Source: a bacterium
GTDB lineage: Bacteria; JBDRGX01
Length of the DNA stretch: 41,062 bases
NCBI GenBank assembly: GCA_043817485.1
Contig: JBDRGX010000078.1
Location: 1-41,062, forward strand
Direction: 5' to 3'
Shown in pieces: positions 35,006-41,062 of this stretch. Below the pieces are notes generated by a model that saw only the letters and a list, made by a program, of their open reading frames with translations, made no database searches and was not told the origin of the DNA. Numbering within the stretch: position 1 is the stretch's first letter; each line of letters opens with the position of its first letter. Position numbers and translations under genes: made by a program.

Positions 35006-35767
35006 CTATCCAAATCTTCCAGAAATATAATCTTCTGTTCGTTTATTTTGAGGTGTTGTAAATATTTGATTAGTATTACCTATTTCAATTAGATCACCCA
35101 TTAAAAAAAAACCAGTACGATCACTTACACGAGCAGCTTGTTTAGTATTATTAGTTACTAATATTAATGAATATGTTTTTTTTAATTCATACATTGCTTC
35201 TTCTATTTTCATAGTTGAAATAGGATCAAGTCCAGAACAAGGTTCATCAAAAAGAATTATTTCTGGTTTTAAAGATAATGTTCGAGCAACACACAATCTT
35301 TGTTGTTGTCCTCCAGAAAGAATTAAAGCTGATTCGAAAAGTCTATTTTTAACTTCATCCCAAAGATATGATGCTTTCAAACTTTCTTCTACAACTTCTT
35401 CTAACAAAGATTTTTTTTTAATGCCACTTCTTCTTAATCCATAAGCAACATTATCAAATATAGACATTGGAAGTGGTATTGGTAAAGCAAAAATCATTCC
35501 TACTTTTCTTCTTAAAACTTCTACATCAATATTTTTACTAAATATATCTTGATCATTTATCAAAACTTTTCCTGTTATTGAAATATTTGATTTTAAATCA
35601 ATTAAACGATTCAGTACTTGAAGAAATGTAGTTTTACCACTATTAGACGGACCAATAATACTTAAAATTTCATTTTTTTGAAGATTAAGAGAAATAGATT
35701 TTAGAATTTCATAATTATCATCACATTTAATGCTTAATTTTTCTACAACTACTACATCTTTTACCAT
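35006..35767 (-). CDS. pstB: phosphate ABC transporter ATP-binding protein, paralog 1 (signature motif canonical, catalytic motifs degenerate)
   Basis: PstB-like throughout, including the C-terminal EDYISGRFG and signature LSGGQQQRL. Walker A is GPSNSGKTT, the Q-loop is VGMIFALPIPLP (Q to A) and the H-loop is VTNN (H to N). Confidence 0.85.
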   Translation of the reverse strand: MVKDVVVVEKLSIKCDDNYEILKSISLNLQKNEILSIIGPSNSGKTTFLQVLNRLIDLKSNISITGKVLINDQDIFSKNIDVEVLRRKVGMIFALPIPLPMSIFDNVAYGLRRSGIKKKSLLEEVVEESLKASYLWDEVKNRLFESALILSGGQQQRLCVARTLSLKPEIILFDEPCSGLDPISTMKIEEAMYELKKTYSLILVTNNTKQAARVSDRTGFFLMGDLIEIGNTNQIFTTPQNKRTEDYISGRFG

Positions 35768-36615
35768 TTTTGCTTACTCCTTAAATTAGAACGAATAATA
35801 ATAGCAATTAAATTAACACCAAATACTACTCCTAATAAAACTAAAGCAGTAGCATATCTTGTATTTAAAGCAATATTTGGAATTTGAGTAGAAATAGCAA
35901 AAAGATGCATAGGCAAAGCCATTACTTGATCAAAAGCAGATTTAGGAAGCTGTGGTAAATAAAAAGCAGCAACTGTAAAAAGAATAGGAGCTGTTTCTCC
36001 AGCAGCTCTACTAATTTCAAGAATAATTCCCGTTAAAATACCAGCAATAGAATTAGGAAGTACAACATGTTGTATAGTTTGCCATTTAGAAGCACCTAAT
36101 GATAAACTTACTTCACGAAAAGATTGAGGTACATTAGATAAAGATTCTCGTGTAGTAGTAATAATTACTGGTAAATTCATAATAGCTAAAGTAAGAGATC
36201 CTGCTAAAATAGAAGTGCCAAATTTAAAAAATATTACAAAAAGACCTAATCCAAAAAGACCATAAACTATTGAAGGAACACCAGCAAGATTAATAATAGC
36301 TAATTTAAGTAATCGCGTAAATAAATTTTTTTTTGCATATTCATTTAAGTAAATCGCTGTTAAAACACCTATTGGTACTGCAAAAATAACTGCTCCAAAT
36401 ACTAAACAAAAAGTTCCAATAATTGCTGGGAATACTCCTCCCTCTCGCATTCCATTTCGAGGAAAAGTAGTTAAAAATTCCCAATTTATAACTCCTATAC
36501 CATTTTTGATAATAATTAAAATAATTAATATTACTGGTAATATTATTAATAATGTAATTAAAAAAAGAAGAAAAAAAATAATTTTTTGAGTTATTGGAGC
36601 TGATAATTTTTTCAT
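35761..36615 (-). CDS. pstA: phosphate ABC transporter permease PstA
   Basis: 284 aa, polytopic, with an EAA-type loop (SLGASKWQTIQHVVLPNS). It is the second permease after pstS-pstC and overlaps pstC by 4 nt. Confidence 0.9.
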   Translation of the reverse strand: MKKLSAPITQKIIFFLLFLITLLIILPVILIILIIIKNGIGVINWEFLTTFPRNGMREGGVFPAIIGTFCLVFGAVIFAVPIGVLTAIYLNEYAKKNLFTRLLKLAIINLAGVPSIVYGLFGLGLFVIFFKFGTSILAGSLTLAIMNLPVIITTTRESLSNVPQSFREVSLSLGASKWQTIQHVVLPNSIAGILTGIILEISRAAGETAPILFTVAAFYLPQLPKSAFDQVMALPMHLFAISTQIPNIALNTRYATALVLLGVVFGVNLIAIIIRSNLRSKQKW

Positions 36616-37496
36616 AATTTTTCCTTATGTAAAAAGAAATCAGCTATAAGATTTATAATAAAAGCAATAATAAAAAGAACTATCCCAACAGCAAATAAAG
36701 CAAAATAATGATTACTTCCTTGAACAGTTTCTCCCATTTCAGCAGCAATTGTAGCTGTAAGAGTTCTCACTGGATCAAGTAGACTATGTGGAATTTTAGC
36801 TGCATTTCCAGTTAACATCATTACTGCCATAGTTTCTCCCATAACTCTACCTATGCCTAACATACAAGCAGCAACAATTCCAGGAAAAGATGCTTTTAAA
36901 ATTACTCTCCAAATAGTTTGCCAATGAGTAGCACCAAAAGCTAAGCTAGCTTCACGATATCTTCGAGGAACAGAAGTAATGGCATCTTCCGCAATACTTA
37001 CAATAGTAGGCATTGCCATAATAGAAAGCATAATAGAACCAGTAAAAGCAGTAAGTCCAGTATCTAAATTAAATACTTTTTTAACAATTGGAACCAATAT
37101 TTCTATTCCAATAAAACCAATTACAACACTTGGGATAGCAGATAAAAATTCTATTCCAATTTTAAGAAATTCTTTTATTTTCCCTTTTGATATTTCTGCA
37201 ATAAATATTGCTGCAGCAATTCCACAAGGAATAGAAATAATAGCCGCACCCAAAGTAACCATTGCAGATCCAAGTATTAAAGAAAGAATTCCAAATACAG
37301 GTGGACGAGAAACTGGATGCCATTTTTCTCCCAAAATAAAATCTTTTAAACTAATTTTTTTAAAAATAGAAATGCCTTCTTTAAATAAAAAAAGAAAAAT
37401 TAAAACTACTAAAATAATAGAAATAAAACCACTTAATTTAACAATTGTCTCAAAAATAGATTCAAATAGTTTTTTTAAAGTTAGTTTTTTTAACAA
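36612..37496 (-). CDS. pstC: phosphate ABC transporter permease PstC
   Basis: 294 aa, polytopic, with an EAA-type loop (EASLAFGATHWQTIWRVILKAS). It is the first permease downstream of pstS. Confidence 0.9.
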   Translation of the reverse strand: MLKKLTLKKLFESIFETIVKLSGFISIILVVLIFLFLFKEGISIFKKISLKDFILGEKWHPVSRPPVFGILSLILGSAMVTLGAAIISIPCGIAAAIFIAEISKGKIKEFLKIGIEFLSAIPSVVIGFIGIEILVPIVKKVFNLDTGLTAFTGSIMLSIMAMPTIVSIAEDAITSVPRRYREASLAFGATHWQTIWRVILKASFPGIVAACMLGIGRVMGETMAVMMLTGNAAKIPHSLLDPVRTLTATIAAEMGETVQGSNHYFALFAVGIVLFIIAFIINLIADFFLHKEKL

Positions 37497-37538
37497 AATA
37501 ATTTCCTAATTATTAATTTTCGTTATTTATATTTTATA

Positions 37539-38384
37539 TTATCTAATTGGCACAAAATTAATTTTTTCCACAATTTTTTGACCTTGTTCGCTTAATATAA
37601 AATCTATAAATTTTTTTACAGCACCCGAAGGTTCTCCATTAGTGTACATTAATAAAGGTCTACTAATAAAATAACTGTTATTTTTCACACTTTCAATTGT
37701 AGGAAATACAAAAGGACTATTATTGTCTTTTGCTACAGCAATATTTTTTTGTTTTGGACTAATATATCCAATTCCATAATAACCAATAGCATTTACATTT
37801 TGAGCTACTTCATCAGCAATTGATTGTGAAGATGGTAAAAATAAAGTATTTTCTATATATTCTTTCCCTTCTCCTAATACATGTTCTTTAAAATAAACAT
37901 AAGTACCTGAATTACATTCTCTGGAAAGAATTACAATTTTAGCATTTTTTCCTCCAAGTTCTTTCCAATTAGTAATTTTGCCAGTAAAAACATCTGAAAG
38001 TTGACTAATAGTAAGTTTTTCTATTGGATTAGAAGGATGTATTACTACAACTATACCATCCATTCCTACAATAAATTCTTTAAATTCAACTTGCTTATTT
38101 TTTGCTATTTCTAATTCTTCTTGTTCTATTTTTCTTGAGCTAGACGCAATATCACAAGTTTTATTAAGTAAAGAAGCAATCCCATTTCCAGAGCCACCGC
38201 CAGTTACAGAAATACATAATTTTGGATCTTGTTTCATAAATTCTTCTATCCAAGCTTGAACTAAATTGATCATAGTGTCTGACCCTTTAATTTGAATAGA
38301 ATTTTCTTTTTTATTAGATGGAACACAACTAAATAAAATAAAACAAAATAAAACACTCAAAATAAATAAATTTTTTTTAAACAT
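37539..38384 (-). CDS. pstS: phosphate-binding lipoprotein PstS (PBP-like 2 family)
   Basis: Lipobox LFSC, then IQIKGSDTMINLVQAW, SVTGGGSGNGIASL and AIGYYGIGY. GGAGGG RBS. Confidence 0.85.
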   Translation of the reverse strand: MFKKNLFILSVLFCFILFSCVPSNKKENSIQIKGSDTMINLVQAWIEEFMKQDPKLCISVTGGGSGNGIASLLNKTCDIASSSRKIEQEELEIAKNKQVEFKEFIVGMDGIVVVIHPSNPIEKLTISQLSDVFTGKITNWKELGGKNAKIVILSRECNSGTYVYFKEHVLGEGKEYIENTLFLPSSQSIADEVAQNVNAIGYYGIGYISPKQKNIAVAKDNNSPFVFPTIESVKNNSYFISRPLLMYTNGEPSGAVKKFIDFILSEQGQKIVEKINFVPIR

Positions 38385-38453
38385 TTAAAACTTCCCTCCT
38401 ATTATAACAGTTAATAATTTTTTATAAACTGTGTTAAATATTTACCACTAATT

Positions 38454-39779
38454 TGTCCTGGCTTCAAGATGTGGTTACAAATTAACATTCCAAAACCTCC
38501 TCTTTTTCACTTCTTCTCCTAATAAAATCATATCCTAAAACTTGTCCTGTAATGATCAGTTTTTCTTCCACCCCCTTTCTCTTATTTGTCATTGTTATTT
38601 TTATTTTATTGATTCCAAATTTCCTTGTCAAGCATTTTTTTGAATTTGTTGATAAATGTGCCTCTGCTGGTGTAGCATAACCATTTTTCTTCAGCTTATA
38701 ACCCTGATGAGTTCTCCTGTAGTTATAATAGTCCATAAATCCATCTAAATCATCTTGAAGCTTCTCTATGCTTTCATACCTCTTCTTTCTGAAAGCTAAA
38801 GAGTAAAACTCATTTAATATAGTTTCATTTAATCTCTCCACATAACCATTAGTCCAAGGATGCCTTACCTTTGTGGTTGTGTGTTTTATCCCAAGCTTCT
38901 TGCACATTTTCTCAAATTCGTGATTTGGGATTGCCTCTTTATGCCAGGTAGTATATTCTGTCCCACAATCAGTAAGAATTCTTTCTATTTTTACCGTATC
39001 AAACTTCTTTGCAAGATGATTTTTCACAAAGTCGCACGAAGTGTTCACAGTTTTGTTAGTATAAATCTTTGCTAAACCAAAAGAAGAAAAACAATCACAG
39101 GCAACTTGATGGTAAATTCTACCTATTCCCTTCAAATAGCCAATATAAAAAGTATCTTCGCTTACTAACTGCCCCGGATAATTTGCCTCTATGTGATTAG
39201 TTTTAGATTTCTCTTTATCCCTTTGAAGCTCATCAAAAGTCACAATTTCCCCATTTAATTTCCTTATCCATTCCAATCGCATTTTTACTGTGTTTAGTCC
39301 TCTTCTTTGTAGAACATTATAAATTCCAGTATGCCCTACAATAATATTTTTTCTTGAAAGTTCTGCCTCTATTCTTGCCGGTCCATATGTAGGATAGTCT
39401 TTTATAAACTCAAGTATTTTTCCCTCAAGTTCTACTGGCACTTTATTCGGCATTTTAGGATTTGCTCTCATTTTCGTTCTTAATCCATTATCTCCATTTT
39501 TATCTCTCCTCTTTTTCCACTTATAAAACCATTTTCTGCTTACATGATACCTTTTACAAAAACAGGTTATTGAAATTTCCTTCTTATTTGCTTCTTCAAA
39601 TATTTTGATTCTCATGTGGTAAATAAAATCCTTCTCGCTCATTGCCAGTCCCTCCTTTTAACAATGTTTTAATAGAGGTTCTGGTTAAAGTCAAAAAAGA
39701 AATGTTATTTACAATTTCTTTAATTTCCTTTCTTGCTCTTTTACTCAAATATTGTAACCATCACTTGAAGATACTACAA
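38454..39779 (-). mobile_element. intact IS481-family insertion sequence
   Basis: Imperfect ~32-bp terminal inverted repeats: TGTCCTGGCTTCAAGATGTGGTTACAA versus the reverse complement of the right end, TGTAGTATCTTCAAGTGATGGTTACAA. Flanked by the 6-bp direct repeat CTAATT (38448..38453 and 39780..39785). One transposase ORF. Confidence 0.8.
38482..39642 (-). CDS. IS481-family DDE transposase (integrase/rve catalytic core)
   Basis: 386 aa. N-terminal HTH (CKRYHVSRKWFYKWKKR), then an rve-type core (SEDTFYIG...TDCGTEY...HPWTNGYVERLN). Confidence 0.9.
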   Translation of the reverse strand: MSEKDFIYHMRIKIFEEANKKEISITCFCKRYHVSRKWFYKWKKRRDKNGDNGLRTKMRANPKMPNKVPVELEGKILEFIKDYPTYGPARIEAELSRKNIIVGHTGIYNVLQRRGLNTVKMRLEWIRKLNGEIVTFDELQRDKEKSKTNHIEANYPGQLVSEDTFYIGYLKGIGRIYHQVACDCFSSFGLAKIYTNKTVNTSCDFVKNHLAKKFDTVKIERILTDCGTEYTTWHKEAIPNHEFEKMCKKLGIKHTTTKVRHPWTNGYVERLNETILNEFYSLAFRKKRYESIEKLQDDLDGFMDYYNYRRTHQGYKLKKNGYATPAEAHLSTNSKKCLTRKFGINKIKITMTNKRKGVEEKLIITGQVLGYDFIRRRSEKEEVLEC

Positions 39780-39859
39780 CTAATTAAAATTTATTAAAAT
39801 CTCCAAATTAAAAGAATTTTATTAAATAAATTAAAAACTTTAAATATTAAATTTTAAAT

Positions 39860-39888
39860 TTGTCAAGTTTTTTTTATGTGATTACTAA
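39860..39888 (+). promoter_or_regulatory. candidate sigma70-type promoter for the DNRLRE-domain gene
   Basis: TTGTCA - 17 nt - TACTAA, ~28 nt upstream of an AAGGAG RBS and the ATG at 39916. Pattern match only, in AT-rich DNA. Confidence 0.25.
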
Positions 39889-39915
39889 ATTATTTAAAAA
39901 AGGAGACTAAAAAAA

Positions 39916-40578
39916 ATGAAAAAATGTACATTAATAATAATTGGTATTTTTATTATAAGCTTTTTAAATATTAAAGCTGATATGAAAACATTTGGAACAA
40001 ATGGAGTAGGTGTTATGGACACTAATATGCAAGAAGCGTGGCCTGACGATTCTCAAGAAGCATATCATACATATTATATTTGTCCAGGTGGTGTAGGAAC
40101 AGAAAAAAGAGCATTACTTAAATTTAAAAATATATTTAAATCTGATGGCGGAACAATAGAAAATGGCTCAACTATTCAATTTGCTTATCTTGCACTGAGA
40201 TATTATCAATCTGGTTCTTTTACTTCAGGTAAATTTGAAGTTTATAGAGTAAAAAAAGATTGGGGAGAAGGAACTTCGACAAATTCTAAGGTAGAAATAG
40301 GCGCTGCTTGTTGGGATGCACCAAAACATGGATTCCCTAAATGGGAAAAAGCAGGATGTGATGGAGAAAGTGATCGAACTCAAATAGGAATACCAGGTGA
40401 AGCATTATGTCAAGAAGGTTCTACGGGAAACAAAGATATAGCAATTGATATAACTTCATTTGTTCAAGCATGGTCTAATGGAGAACCTAATTATGGACTT
40501 ATTATTATTTCCAAAGGTTTAGGAGGAGACAGGACAGCAGGATTTGCTTTTAGAGCTCATGAACAGACTGTGTCATAA
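39916..40578 (+). CDS. secreted DNRLRE-domain (CBM96-like) protein, with the C-terminus supplied or truncated by a MITE end
   Basis: Signal peptide, then ALLKFKNIF...GSTIQFAYLALRYY...FEVYRVKKDWGEGTST...DITSFVQAWSNGEPNYGLII, which fits the DNRLRE domain pattern. The last codons and the stop lie in the terminal repeat AGACTGTGTCATAA. Confidence 0.6.
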   Translation: MKKCTLIIIGIFIISFLNIKADMKTFGTNGVGVMDTNMQEAWPDDSQEAYHTYYICPGGVGTEKRALLKFKNIFKSDGGTIENGSTIQFAYLALRYYQSGSFTSGKFEVYRVKKDWGEGTSTNSKVEIGAACWDAPKHGFPKWEKAGCDGESDRTQIGIPGEALCQEGSTGNKDIAIDITSFVQAWSNGEPNYGLIIISKGLGGDRTAGFAFRAHEQTVS

Positions 40579-40681
40579 TTCAATTTCACGGCAATTGTTT
40601 TACAACATAAAGTGGTAGGTTTCCACAAAATCACAATATGTTGTGGTATGGATGTCTATATTTAGAGTTATGACACAGTCT
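40565..40681. mobile_element. MITE-like element, family B, 117 bp with perfect 14-bp terminal inverted repeats
   Basis: AGACTGTGTCATAA (40565..40578) is the exact reverse complement of TTATGACACAGTCT (40668..40681). Related copies lie at 17647..17726 and 17744 onward. Confidence 0.65.
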
Positions 40682-40734
40682 CATAGATGATCATTTTAAA
40701 AATATATCTACGAATAGAGTTATGTCTTTATATA

Positions 40735-40969
40735 TAATATGATGAGGTGCTGGTGAATTGCAAACATGAGAATGAAGATTTAATAAATTCCCCTTTATTA
40801 AAGGGGTGGCATTCCGAAGGAATGACGGGGAGAATAATTAAGTGGTAGCTTTTTCAAGTATTATGAGTTGGAGTAATATGATGAGGTGCTGGTGAATTGC
40901 AAATATGAGAATGGAGATTTAATAAATTCCCCTTTATTAAAGGGGTGGCATTCCGAAGGAATGACGGGG
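40735..40969 (+). repeat. tandem duplication (two 96-bp copies, 139-bp period) of the leader and 5' end of a DUF559 gene
   Basis: 40735..40830 and 40874..40969 differ at two positions. Each copy has two hairpins: CCCCTTT-ATT-AAAGGGG and CATTCC-GAA-GGAATG. Confidence 0.85.
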
Positions 40970-41062
40970 TATTTAAAATTACCTTATAATCCGAATTTAA
41001 AACAAAAAGCCAAAGAATTAAGAAAAGCAGGAAATTTATCAGAAGTGCTTTTGTGGAACGAG
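40961..41062 (+). CDS. DUF559 (Vsr-like endonuclease domain) protein, 5' partial, running off the window
   Basis: Translation MTGYLKLPYNPNLKQKAKELRKAGNLSEVLLWNE matches the typical DUF559 N-terminus (LPYN..LK..AR.LR...T..E..LW). The start codon is uncertain because the frame is open from 40877. Confidence 0.55.
   Translation, partial: MTGYLKLPYNPNLKQKAKELRKAGNLSEVLLWNE

Noticed and set aside
38385-38453. A TATAAT hexamer upstream of pstS considered as the -10 element, and TTAAC(A/T) direct repeats considered as Pho boxes.
   Set aside because: The TATAAT lies only ~3 nt before the GGAGGG RBS, so a transcript starting there would lack the RBS. The TTAAC repeats are short and expected by chance in AT-rich DNA. 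They are mentioned only as something to test.
32703-39075. Antisense ORFs 32703..32918, 34548..34739, 36979..37509 (176 aa) and 38860..39075.
   Set aside because: All are embedded opposite pstB2, the methyltransferase, pstC and the transposase respectively. The 176-aa ORF is long only because pstC is relatively GC-balanced. No independent start or RBS evidence.
38482-39642. An IS3-type two-ORF transposase with a programmed frameshift.
   Set aside because: A single uninterrupted 386-aa ORF carries both the HTH and the rve core, which fits IS481-type organisation. No internal slippery site or ORF overlap is needed.
40735-40969. The two 96-bp repeats considered as a possible CRISPR array.
   Set aside because: There are only two copies. 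The units are 96 bp with a 43-bp spacer, which is outside CRISPR repeat and spacer size ranges, and the repeat is in frame with the downstream DUF559 ORF.

Overview
This is a very AT-rich bacterial chromosome segment (roughly 25-30% GC by eye). It comes from a diderm organism. The T9SS-type C-terminal sorting domain, Reg_prop propeller protein, ExbBD, MlaD and Wza-like exporter suggest an uncultivated FCB-superphylum-like lineage, but the taxon cannot be assigned from sequence alone. Almost all genes lie on the minus strand and are tightly packed, with several TAATG/ATGA stop-start overlaps.

Gene content, left to right:
- A Wzz/Wza polysaccharide export pair.
- A large envelope cluster (3.2-17.5 kb): a TonB-like-anchor::DUF4159 protein, a 1210-aa TPR protein, an 856-aa outer-membrane barrel with acidic Ca-type repeats, ExbD, ExbD, ExbB, a small repeat protein, and a 1217-aa HExxH/FG-GAP/T9SS-CTD protein.
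- A housekeeping operon: propeller protein, comEA, aroA, cmk.
- An MFS transporter, a cyclase-family protein and an unknown protein.
- A plus-strand islet: COG1579 zinc-ribbon gene, RNase P RNA, WecA-like transferase.
- tRNA-Leu(CAA), an aminotransferase, radA, and a split mlaD.
- A pst-phoU phosphate operon with two pstB paralogs separated by a type II restriction-modification pair.
- An intact IS481-family element directly upstream of pstS.
- A small repeat-rich end region: a DNRLRE-domain gene, MITEs, and a duplicated DUF559 leader.

Main second-look items:
1. The exbB-exbD-exbD cluster lacks a canonical TonB and instead has a TonB-like N-terminus fused to DUF4159.
2. A ~174-nt element bounded by inverted repeats sits inside helix P3 of RNase P RNA and belongs to a repeat family seen elsewhere in the window.
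3. Catalytic motifs are degenerate in a complementary way in the two PstB ATPases, which suggests an asymmetric heterodimer. An R-M cassette lies between the two genes.
4. Two ~295-bp direct repeats precisely bracket the giant TPR gene.

All calls rest on reading the sequence and remembering family motifs. No database search was possible.
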